Below are positions 51,736 to 60,885 of a stretch of DNA of 64,000 bases, piece by piece. The notes under the pieces are model-generated. The model saw only the letters and a program-made list of their open reading frames with translations, was not told the origin of the DNA and searched no databases. The translations under genes were made by a program, and so were the position numbers. Position 1 is the stretch's first letter. Every line of letters starts with the position of its first letter. The stretch is from Candidatus Poribacteria bacterium (lineage in GTDB: Bacteria > Poribacteria > WGA-4E > PCPOR2b), in contig OZ240245.1 of assembly GCA_965198175.1 (NCBI GenBank), forward strand, positions 544,001 to 608,000, in the 5' to 3' direction.

Positions 51736-51932
51736 GTAAAGTTTTCCCTTTTTGAAAGTTGATTGCCATCTATCATGTCATGTCAAGTGTTTGTCAAAAA
51801 ATGCTCGCAGGCGGATATGGGACTCCTCTTCCACAACCATTCAATGATAAGGGATTCCCGTCTGCGGCGGGATTTAGGAGGATGGCGCTACAAGAAGACA
51901 GTTCGGACGTTTCACCGGCACCATCCCTACTA

Positions 51933-53000
51933 TTATTTCTTTGCTTTCCCTGCCTTTTTCCAATCCCACAGGAGAATCGTGCCGGTTTCATCTCCGCTGG
52001 CGACGATTTTGCCATCCGGTGTAAAGGCGACAGCCTCAATCCCCCAATAATGCCCACGGAGCGTCGGTAGAAAGCGGCCGGTTTTGGCATCCCACAACCG
52101 GACAGAGGCATCCTTACTCCCACTCGCAAGCGTTTTACCGTCACGGGAGAACACCACAGTTTTGACATCATTCCCATGCCCGGCGAGCGTCTGCCGGAGT
52201 GTGCCGGTGGGGGAATTCCACATGCGGATGGTGTCGTCGTCACTGCCACTAACAAGGATTTTCCCATCTGGCGAAAACGCAAGGGCTTTCACCGTATCCG
52301 TATGTCCCTTAAGAGTTCTGATATGGTTGCCGCGCGCTACATCCCATAACTGGATTGTACCGTCAGAACTTCCACTGCTGGCGAGTATCTTGCCATCGGG
52401 TGAATACGCGACTGCGAGTACCCATCGAAACGCGAGTGTGTGAAAGGGGCCGGGGGCACTTTCAAACCCGAAAATATCACGCACCCTAGGCGTCTGCATC
52501 CGAGTTTGCGGGGTATCGGCAGACCAGATTTGTTTGCGCGCCTCTGCTGACCATAGACGCACTGTGGCATCTCCACTTCCACTGACAAGTTGTTTGCTAT
52601 CTGGTGAGAACGCGACAGCAGTAACAAGTCCACCGTGGCCTGTGAGGGTTGCTAAGTTTTTGCCCGTTTTTGAATCCCACAAGCGAACGGTTTCATCCTG
52701 TCCGGCACTGGCAATCATTTTACCGTCTGGACTGTATGCGATCGCTTTTACTTCTCCTTTATGCCCCGTAAGCAATGCAACTTCTGAACCCGTATGGGCA
52801 TCGTAGAGCCAAATGCCCGTATTCGTTGCCGCGGCGAGTTCTTTACCATCTGGTGAATATTGGATATTGCCCGTTATCTTCCCACTACTTTCGATATGGG
52901 TTTTGACTCCTTCGGGCAATTGCGGTTTGGCGTTCTCTTGGGCGAAGGTGTTGAGTGAAAACAGGGTGAAAAGAATTAGTAAGGTCAAGGTTGTTTTCAT
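51933..53000 (-). CDS. Secreted 7-unit WD40 protein without tail
   Basis: Identical MKTTLTLLILFTLFSLNTFAQ leader, then divergent WD40 units. Confidence 0.88.
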   Translation of the reverse strand: MKTTLTLLILFTLFSLNTFAQENAKPQLPEGVKTHIESSGKITGNIQYSPDGKELAAATNTGIWLYDAHTGSEVALLTGHKGEVKAIAYSPDGKMIASAGQDETVRLWDSKTGKNLATLTGHGGLVTAVAFSPDSKQLVSGSGDATVRLWSAEARKQIWSADTPQTRMQTPRVRDIFGFESAPGPFHTLAFRWVLAVAYSPDGKILASSGSSDGTIQLWDVARGNHIRTLKGHTDTVKALAFSPDGKILVSGSDDDTIRMWNSPTGTLRQTLAGHGNDVKTVVFSRDGKTLASGSKDASVRLWDAKTGRFLPTLRGHYWGIEAVAFTPDGKIVASGDETGTILLWDWKKAGKAKK

Positions 53001-53132
53001 GTAAAGTTTTCCCTTTTTGAAAGTTGATTGCCATCTGGAACTGTAGTGGCTAGTGGTCAGTGGCTAGTGACCAGTGACTTCAGAAACCGAGTTGTTCTAA
53101 AAATCTCGGTTAATCACACCAATTTTGTGGTG

Positions 53133-55262
53133 CTACTTGAGGATTACCATCCGGCGTAACGCAGTATAATCACCTGTCCGGAGCTGATACACATAGACGC
53201 CGCTTGCGACCGATTCCCCGCGTTCGTTGGTGCCGTCCCAATACGCCGCATGGCTCCGAGCGGTGTAGAATCCCGCCGCCTGATGCCCCAACTCGAATTG
53301 ACGCACTACCGCGCCTTTCGCGTCATAAATCGTGAGTCTCACATCGGCAGCCTGGGCGAGGTGATACGGTATCCAGGTCTCCGGATTGAATGGATTCGGG
53401 TAGTTTGGCAACAGGGACGTTTCCTCCGGAATACGCCACGTCTCGACGTTCATTAACGCTGAAAACTGACGGAGAAGATAGTCTTGAACTTCCGGTGGCA
53501 GCAACTGAAAAGGCGGATAATCTGCGAGTGCTATCGGTTGCGCACGAGGCGCAGCGAAAGCATTGTTTTCGAGAGCATATGCGCCCTCATACGGCGGTGC
53601 TGTCTGGAGAGTCAACGGATCGCTTTTTAGAAAGTATTCTTGTTCTACCTTAATCTTTATGTCCGTTACCTGCTTTGGAAGTATTACAATATACTTGCGC
53701 TGGTCGTCAGGGCGGCCGGGATTCTCCCAGCGATCAATCTCCTGATTTAAGACAATTTTGGGATCCATGGTGGATTGGAAAATTTCGTTTATCTTTTGCA
53801 CCCTCTCAATTTCCCCTGTTGCTAGACCTGTCAAAGGGATTAGTTCAAGGAGTCCAACCACTCTTCCCCTATTTGCCTCATCCTCTAGCTCAAGCATTCT
53901 TTCTTCTATTGTTTGAAGAGGCAACATAAAGTAGGGTGGCTGGTCTAAGAAATCAAGATAGTCATCCATACGAAGGTGTTCGGCAAGACTATCTAGCGAA
54001 CCCGGCAGAAGCCACGCCGTGAAATTAAAATTTTGGCGTAAATATTCTATGGCTGATTTCCCAAGAGCAGCAGATAGTGAATTGGGTGGGACCCCCGGGA
54101 GGTCAAGTGTTATTGTGCACTTTCCATAACTGACATCGTTCTCAACACGTGTCAGTGTTGGAAATTGAGCTGTCAAGACAAAATAGGTCAAGTTTGGACC
54201 AAACGCTACCTCCGAGATGAGATCATTAGGAGGAACTAAACGAATCCCAGGACTATCGTCCCATGATGGCAGATGCGTTCGCCAAACTGCTCTTCCGTCC
54301 GAAATTAAATCTCCATCGGGGCTCCAAGCCAAATCGTGGACTTCACCGCTCGCTTGAATAGTAGTCTCTCTCGTAATTGCTGTTACGAGAGCAATCAATT
54401 CTGTTCCGATGCGGTAGATTGTTATTTCTGGATCTGTGCCGCCGACAGCGAGGTACTGTCCATCCGGGCTGAAGGCAAGCGCATTTGCTTCAATGTTTGT
54501 ATCTATCTGCTGAACCCACCTGCCACTATCTATCACATCATATATCGTCACATATAGGTTTTCACCGTCATATCCGTCGGCTGCGAGGTACCTCCCGTTT
54601 GGGCTGAAAGCAACTGCTTTGACATTACCTCCAGGTTCAAAACGTTGAACATCCGCATCTTGTCCCCACCAACTGCTGACTTCCCAGAGATCTGCATCGC
54701 CATCGTCATTTCCGGTTGCGAGATATTTCCCATCTGGACTAAAGGCGACAGCGTAGACTTCGGATGCACCACGTCTGCCCCACCCCTTCCGCGTACCACT
54801 GTCCACTTCCCAGAGATACGCCCAGCGAAGATCGACTCCTATTGCAACATACTTCCCATCTGGACTGTAGGCAACTGAGTTAAGTTTTTTTGCGCTGTCG
54901 CTAATGTAACTACTCTTAACCTCCGTGCCACTGCTCGCTTCCAAGAGAATTACTCTAACACCGCCACCGGCTCCGTCGGCGGCGATATACTGCCCGTCTG
55001 GACTGAAGGCGACTCCCTGAACCTGACCCCCCAAGTTGGTATAATAGATATTTTCGCCACTGCTGACTTCCCAGAGTCTCACATAACCATCCGTATCGCC
55101 TGTTGCGATATACCTGCCATCGGGACTGAAGTCAACAGACACACTAGCATGATAAAGGTCGTATAACTTGGTTTGTGCAGAGGTCGCTTGAACCGTGGCG
55201 ACTGAAATCAGAACAACGAGCGTAACAAGAATCCAAACTGTATTGGATTGCTTTGTGTGCAT
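53133..55262 (-). CDS. Secreted WD40 (7 units)-unknown domain-FlgD-like tail protein
   Basis: AGGAG RBS before MHTKQ; seven 'FSPDG' units; LLPNYPNPFNPETWIPY tail; no cohesin or dockerin. Confidence 0.85.
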   Translation of the reverse strand: MHTKQSNTVWILVTLVVLISVATVQATSAQTKLYDLYHASVSVDFSPDGRYIATGDTDGYVRLWEVSSGENIYYTNLGGQVQGVAFSPDGQYIAADGAGGGVRVILLEASSGTEVKSSYISDSAKKLNSVAYSPDGKYVAIGVDLRWAYLWEVDSGTRKGWGRRGASEVYAVAFSPDGKYLATGNDDGDADLWEVSSWWGQDADVQRFEPGGNVKAVAFSPNGRYLAADGYDGENLYVTIYDVIDSGRWVQQIDTNIEANALAFSPDGQYLAVGGTDPEITIYRIGTELIALVTAITRETTIQASGEVHDLAWSPDGDLISDGRAVWRTHLPSWDDSPGIRLVPPNDLISEVAFGPNLTYFVLTAQFPTLTRVENDVSYGKCTITLDLPGVPPNSLSAALGKSAIEYLRQNFNFTAWLLPGSLDSLAEHLRMDDYLDFLDQPPYFMLPLQTIEERMLELEDEANRGRVVGLLELIPLTGLATGEIERVQKINEIFQSTMDPKIVLNQEIDRWENPGRPDDQRKYIVILPKQVTDIKIKVEQEYFLKSDPLTLQTAPPYEGAYALENNAFAAPRAQPIALADYPPFQLLPPEVQDYLLRQFSALMNVETWRIPEETSLLPNYPNPFNPETWIPYHLAQAADVRLTIYDAKGAVVRQFELGHQAAGFYTARSHAAYWDGTNERGESVASGVYVYQLRTGDYTALRRMVILK

Positions 55263-55404
55263 TGTGAATCTCCTAACGAAAAAAGTTGAGGTGCGGCGGG
55301 TGGTTTGCCGAAAACCGCCCGACAAACCAAAACCCACCAAAACTCGGAAGACACTATAAAAAAAACGCGAATCCCACTGTCGCTTACAACACCTGGTTAG
55401 AATC

Positions 55405-55731
55405 TCAATTTTGCCCAATTTGAGCTGCTAAACTCGGGACAAGATCCGGTGTTCCAAGCGGGACCGAGTTCTGACAGGACATAAAACGCTTCAGCGTCAA
55501 TTTCAACCCATGTCGAATTCCATGAGTTGCAACCGCAAGCATTGAATAGTTAGAGCAGGTAGGATGGTATCGACACTGAATTCGTCCTTCCACCAGAGCA
55601 TGTCCGATAGTTTGGTAGACGTGTTCAATGCTACTGACATAAAGTCGTGCAGTGAGTTGAGACGCTGGCGGGTGAAAAGCGTCCACTGTTACAAGCACAA
55701 ACGCAATGGGGACATGTTGCGCTCCTTTCAA
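55405..55731 (-). CDS. YidD-like (membrane protein insertion efficiency factor domain) protein, start uncertain
   Basis: YQ...CRYHPTCSNY...AVATHG...G..L..KR...C...G.PD.VP pattern. Confidence 0.65.
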   Translation of the reverse strand: MKGAQHVPIAFVLVTVDAFHPPASQLTARLYVSSIEHVYQTIGHALVEGRIQCRYHPTCSNYSMLAVATHGIRHGLKLTLKRFMSCQNSVPLGTPDLVPSLAAQIGQN

Positions 55732-55944
55732 GGCGTTTGTTACTACAATTGTGGCATTCTATCAAATTTCCTGATGGTCTTGATGTGAGATAAATAATCA
55801 GACCAATTATGCTCAAAAAGAAAACAACGAGCATCCACATGACGGAATTATCCATTCCTCGTGCTTTGGCATCACGGGCGACCCAAATCAACAGAGCAAT
55901 CTCAACTACGAAGATGAAAATGATAAAGAAAACATAACCTCCAC
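55631..55944 (-). pseudogene. Membrane protein with zinc ribbon, 5' end separated by IS3
   Basis: WVARDAKARG...W...GLIIYL..RP, CHNC/CPHC. The listed ORF start lies inside the IS3 left IR; a candidate RBS+ATG lies beyond the IS at 57301. Confidence 0.65.
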
Positions 55945-57257
55945 TGAAATTACCCCCAAAAACTAGACAGTACATTAAGGTGGAAATCGTGCTGGCAAAA
56001 CGGTGATGTTATGAGTCATAATACGGCTCAGCAATACCAAGAACTACGAAAGGAGTTTGTTTAGCATGGCTCGTAGAAAGCAGTACGATAACCGATTCAA
56101 AGCACAAGTGGCAATTGAGGCGATTAAAAATGAACGTACCATGGCGCAGATTGCCAGTGATTACGAAGTTCACCCGAATCAGGTCAGGCAGTGGAAAAGG
56201 CAGATTCTGGAGGAATCACCCCAGCTTTTTGCGAACGGACACACTCAATCAACCTCTGACAACGACCGCCTTATAGCTGAACTCTACCGGCAAATCGGTC
56301 AGTTGAAGGTAGAACTAGACTGGGTTCAAAAAAAAATCGACTGCTCCATTGAACAGAAGCGACAGCTTGTCAAGCAAGAGAGCGGCTCTCCATCGGTTTC
56401 GAGACAATGCGAACTGTTAGGGTTGCCACGCGCTTCGTATTATTATCAACCCGCGGCGGTAGAGTCGCCGGAAAACCTGCTTTATATGCGTCTGATTGAC
56501 GAGCAATACACCAAGACGCCGTCCTACGGTGTGCCTCGAATGACGGACTGGCTATGTGCTAAAGGCTACGCTGTCAACCGGAAACGGATTGCTCGGTTGA
56601 TGCGAAAGATGGATTTAGTTGCCATCTATCCCAAGCCCAGTCTCTCCAAGAACGGTAGACCGTCGAAAAAGTATGCTTATTTACTGAAGGATTCAATTAC
56701 CACTCGACCGGACCAGGTGTGGGCGAGTCATATCACCTATATCCGCTTGAACACCGGCTTTGTTTATCTAGTGGCTATTATGGATTGGTACTCTCGATAT
56801 GTGTTATCATGGGAAGTGTCAAATTCACTAGACGTATTCTTTTGTCTATCGGCTCTGGAACGGGCACTGAGTTGTTCTAGCCCCTTGATATTCAATAGCG
56901 ACCAGGGTGCCCAGTTCACGTCTGAAGCCTTTACCACTCGGCTTGAATCGGCTAACATTCGCATCAGTTGGACTGGGGCAGGCAGAGTGTTTGACAACAT
57001 TTTCATTGAGCGGCTCTGGCGGACAGTAAAGTATGAACATGTCTATCTTCACCAGTATGACTCAGTTCACGCTGCTTGGTGTGGCTTGAACAACTATTTC
57101 AAGTTTTATAATGAGGAGCGGCTTCATACGTCGCTCAATACTCAAACACCTCACGAGGTGAATTTCCAACAATATTAGGTGTTGAAGCGTACCGGATTGC
57201 GCAGCCTTTACAACTTAATGCACAAGCATGACTGGCTAAACATTCGGGGTAAGTTCA
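55945..57257 (+). mobile_element. IS3 family insertion sequence
   Basis: Imperfect 27 bp IRs TGAAATTACCCCCAAAAACTAGACAGT / reverse complement TGAACTTACCCCGAATGTTTAGCCAGT; TG...CA ends; no clear target duplication. Confidence 0.82.
56066..57178 (+). CDS. IS3 family transposase, OrfA-OrfB in one frame, first catalytic Asp replaced
   Basis: HTH OrfA (FKAQVAIEAI...VHPNQV..WK), rve domain (FNSDQGAQFTS, DNIFIERLWRTVKYE); WASHITYI instead of W..DITYI. Confidence 0.88.
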   Translation: MARRKQYDNRFKAQVAIEAIKNERTMAQIASDYEVHPNQVRQWKRQILEESPQLFANGHTQSTSDNDRLIAELYRQIGQLKVELDWVQKKIDCSIEQKRQLVKQESGSPSVSRQCELLGLPRASYYYQPAAVESPENLLYMRLIDEQYTKTPSYGVPRMTDWLCAKGYAVNRKRIARLMRKMDLVAIYPKPSLSKNGRPSKKYAYLLKDSITTRPDQVWASHITYIRLNTGFVYLVAIMDWYSRYVLSWEVSNSLDVFFCLSALERALSCSSPLIFNSDQGAQFTSEAFTTRLESANIRISWTGAGRVFDNIFIERLWRTVKYEHVYLHQYDSVHAAWCGLNNYFKFYNEERLHTSLNTQTPHEVNFQQY

Positions 57258-57755
57258 ACTATCAAAGTTGTTAACATCCGAAAAAAACCATTCATTTTCA
57301 TAAAATATCTCCTTTTTAGGTAGATTATCTACAACCTTGCGTTGCAGAGAAGTATGTCAGCAGCAGACTATCCTGCCTCCGACGGATTTGAAATAATCTG
57401 AATTCGGTGAAATCTCTTTGCTTTTTCGCTCCACTGAATTCATCAAACAACCAAATTACGCAGTGCAAATACGTTTCTATGGATTCTACTTATAGTTTGT
57501 ATCAAATGACCCCATGAGCTAAACCAGAAGGAGATGGTATTGCTGTCAACAGCAATACGCTCCTGGAATTCGTTACAGCCGTCCCAATACCCCGGAGACT
57601 TTTGTACCACAATCTGTTAGATTGTGATCGCAAACTGACAGTTTGCGCTACCAAACTAATTCAGCATAACCATCTTCCGCCGGAACGAAATACTGTAACG
57701 TAAAAAAGCCTACATCTGCTGATACAGGGTTTTGGATAAGGTTTGACAGGTTTGC

Positions 57756-57958
57756 TCACCGCGCCGCTTTGAGATGTCTCCAGCTTGTTAACAACTTCGA
57801 TTTCGGTTCAACGGAAACTGTGGAGATAAATGCCCTCATACCGTCTTTCGAAGACGGTTGTCCCAGCGTGCAAGTATTCATCAGCGACAAGATGCCGCTC
57901 TGCATCTGGCCATCGATCAAAATGCGATATTTTCCTTTTCCGGCGAAATTATCGGGAT
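57756..57958 (-). pseudogene. 3' remnant paralogous to 28807-29856
   Basis: Translates ...MRAFISTVSVEPKSKLLTSWRHLKAAR*; the downstream region (57703-57755) matches 28752-28806 with a decayed terminator. Confidence 0.8.
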
Positions 57959-58048
57959 AGGAAGCCCTCGCACAAAAACATATCAGGGGAGGAGTCCACC
58001 CCCACGGAACCCCAACCAGGGTGATAGAAAACAGTTTGGCATTACGTG

Positions 58049-58975
58049 TTAGTAGACCTTCTTCTTACGGAGTTCCATGGCTTGATTCTTCACAATTACC
58101 ATTTCTCTTGGATCGAGATAAACGTAGATTTTATTCAGAATCTTGTCATACTGAAACTCAAAAACGCGGCCAATGTCCGAATAGAAACTGTTATCAATTT
58201 CCATCAGTTGTTGCCACGTGATCGCCCCTGGATTTTCGCGCTTTATCGCTGTAGGAGTTACTCTAAATGACGGAATAAGGATGTTTTTCGACCACATAAG
58301 TTCGCCAGTCAGACCTTCGTAAGCTTTAAGCTCAACCGTGCATCCAACTTGCACTTGTCCGGAAGGTTTAGTAACCCCAATCGATGATTGAGCCAAGTGT
58401 ATTGCCCCAATCCCCAGGCCTCCTCCTAAAAGATATAGTGGAGTCTTGTCACTGTCCTTAGGTGTTGCAGCAGCAGAAATTAAAGCGATCAGCGACAAAG
58501 GGCTCAGTAAACATCCCGACAAAATGATTTTCCCTTTTTCCTCTGTGTACCGTACACCACTCGTATCAGCACTAAATCTGACTTTTGCTGTGAGGATTAA
58601 ATCACTACCTTCCTTATCAGGGTAAATCATTTCATTAAGAGTGGGGTAGGTCCCTTTAACAGCGAAGCCTCGAGCTGTGAGTACCTCCTCAAAGTCCTTC
58701 GTCATGTTAATAATAAGTTGCTGAAATAGAGGCGGAGGAGAGACCGAAGGTAAGAGCATGCCTTGTTGTAGGGACATCCCTTGTTGATGGGAGGTGAGAG
58801 CTACAAATTCCGCTCCAACGATTGCAAATGTCACGTCGGCAGAACCTGGAGCAGCCTCTGTTGTTGGAACATAGTCAAAAGTGATAGTCTCGCGTGGAGG
58901 TTGGGCATAACGCCCCGCACAACTTGCTGTAATAAGGCAAACAACAACAATGCCAATTTGCCAAATATATCTCAC
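58049..58975 (-). CDS. Lipoprotein (paralog of 59095-59802)
   Basis: AGGAG RBS plus GTG; lipobox TASC; shared motifs TFDY.P, NMTKDF.E.LTARGF, DKEGSDL.LTA. Confidence 0.75.
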   Translation of the reverse strand: MRYIWQIGIVVVCLITASCAGRYAQPPRETITFDYVPTTEAAPGSADVTFAIVGAEFVALTSHQQGMSLQQGMLLPSVSPPPLFQQLIINMTKDFEEVLTARGFAVKGTYPTLNEMIYPDKEGSDLILTAKVRFSADTSGVRYTEEKGKIILSGCLLSPLSLIALISAAATPKDSDKTPLYLLGGGLGIGAIHLAQSSIGVTKPSGQVQVGCTVELKAYEGLTGELMWSKNILIPSFRVTPTAIKRENPGAITWQQLMEIDNSFYSDIGRVFEFQYDKILNKIYVYLDPREMVIVKNQAMELRKKKVY

Positions 58976-59094
58976 TGAAACAAATCTCCTTTTTAAATTA
59001 CATTGAATAGATTCGCCCACCGGCGAAATTTGGACGACAATTTTCCACAAATGCTGCCACAAACACCAATCTGTTGAGCAGTATTATCGACGAC

Positions 59095-59802
59095 TTATCG
59101 AACAAGCTTTCGATCGCGCAAGTTATGCGCAGCTTGTTTTACAATTGCCATCTGCTTTGGCTCAAGGTAACCATAAATCTTGTTCATAATCTCAATGTAT
59201 TGTGCTTCAAGAGCACGGCCAATATCCGTGTAGAATTGGTTTTCATTTACCAGAAGGGTGGCTAAGTTCGCACCATTTGGATACCTCTTTCTGGAAGCGA
59301 GTTCTACTGTTGATGGCGTAATTGCTACACTTTTCGTCCATAGGCGATTCTTCGTTAGACTCTCATAAGCCACAAGGTTGACATGGCAACTCACCGTTAC
59401 TGTCCCGTTCAACATTCCAATTGTGGAATACCTCATTTGAGTCGTATCAGAACTGAAATCAACTTCAGCTGTGAGGACGAGATCGCTCCCCTCCTTATCG
59501 GAATAGGTCATGAGATCGTACTCGCTGAAAGGCCCCTTTGCACTAAAACCGCGGGCAGTAAGTATCTCCCCGAAATCCTTTGTCATATTGCTGGCGAAAT
59601 TTTTGAAAAGAGGTACAGGTGTTTCAATCTGTGCCCCAACGACTGCGAACGTGACATTGGCAGAACCAGGCGTAGCCTCCGGGGGAGTGTAGTCAAAAGT
59701 AATACTTGCACGTATCGGTTCTGGTTCAGTATTAACAGGCACGCAACCTACTATTATGCATGCTGCGGCGACTATGCCAAATTGTAAAGTTGAATATCTC
59801 AT
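59095..59802 (-). CDS. Lipoprotein
   Basis: GGAGG RBS; lipobox IVGC. Confidence 0.75.
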   Translation of the reverse strand: MRYSTLQFGIVAAACIIVGCVPVNTEPEPIRASITFDYTPPEATPGSANVTFAVVGAQIETPVPLFKNFASNMTKDFGEILTARGFSAKGPFSEYDLMTYSDKEGSDLVLTAEVDFSSDTTQMRYSTIGMLNGTVTVSCHVNLVAYESLTKNRLWTKSVAITPSTVELASRKRYPNGANLATLLVNENQFYTDIGRALEAQYIEIMNKIYGYLEPKQMAIVKQAAHNLRDRKLVR

Positions 59803-60059
59803 CTAAATGTCCTCCAATGGGTTAAGAGCTTGTTTAAAAAGTAGCTGGCGAGCCATTATGACCAAATGTCAACAGAACCAAGTCCACCCAAGATATGGTA
59901 TCGGGAGCCCCAATTACCATCCTTATTTCTAAAATATAAACTAATGTTTTATTCATGTCAACATAAAAACATACTATAAGTTTGTATTATTAACTAAAAA
60001 TATACTCATTCAGTTTATGTTCACTATCCGCCGTAAGTGTTATAATAATATCGTTTCAG

Positions 60060-60500
60060 TTGGGGATTTTGTTGGGGAGGCGATACGTGCTGAGAACACA
60101 AAGTTTGGTATACAAATTAGGAGTTAAGATTCGGACACTGCGAAAAGCGGCGGGGTTGACGCAGGAGCAGCTCGCTGAAGCTGCGGATGTAAGCACCAAC
60201 TTTATAGGGTATGTTGAACGCGGACAGCGGGCGCTATCCATAAAAACCTTGGAACGGATTGCTCGGCCGTTAAATGTCATCCCTAAAGATTTGTTTGAAT
60301 TTTCGGAGGGCAGTATAGATGAATTTCTTTTAGAGATGCTCCTCGCAGAGTTGCGCAAGTGTGGCATAGAGGATCTCCGCGCCCTCACACCACTCGCTCA
60401 ACGATTGAGCAGTCGATTCCCAGACAGATTCAAAGCCAAACGCAAAACGCTTGTCGCAAATCAGGAGAGAAGGGAAAAAAAACGGAAAAAACGGAGTTGA
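60060..60500 (+). CDS. XRE-family helix-turn-helix regulator
   Basis: LGVKIRTLRK..GLTQEQLAE..DVS..FIGYVERG; start may be GTG 60087. Confidence 0.88.
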   Translation: MGILLGRRYVLRTQSLVYKLGVKIRTLRKAAGLTQEQLAEAADVSTNFIGYVERGQRALSIKTLERIARPLNVIPKDLFEFSEGSIDEFLLEMLLAELRKCGIEDLRALTPLAQRLSSRFPDRFKAKRKTLVANQERREKKRKKRS

Positions 60501-60885
60501 TGACGCATATATTTATCAAGGAGGGATTGCTTATCGGGATTACGCAGTTGAGCAGAATTGGGTTATGATTTGAGCAGTCTTCCACATTTAAAATCTGATA
60601 ATCTCAGTTGCATCTATATTTACACATATGAGCGATGATTGACTCGACTTAGCTCACAATCTCCCGGTTTTCGACGCTTCCCATTGAGCGGGTCGGGCTG
60701 GAAGCCCGACCTACGGGAATGGGTGGGAACTTGGATATGTTAATAAACACATGTGTAATTTTTAGTTACAATGACTATAATCCGCTCGCTCGCGGTAACT
60801 TCAGAAACCGATCAAGCGACTGGACAAGGAGTGCGATAGAGTTCCCTTTTGAAGAAACTCGGTTTCTCACCCCAATTTTGCGGTG

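Noticed and set aside
60060..60500. Restriction-modification controller (C) protein
   Set aside because: HTH resembles the XRE/C family, but no endonuclease or methyltransferase is adjacent.
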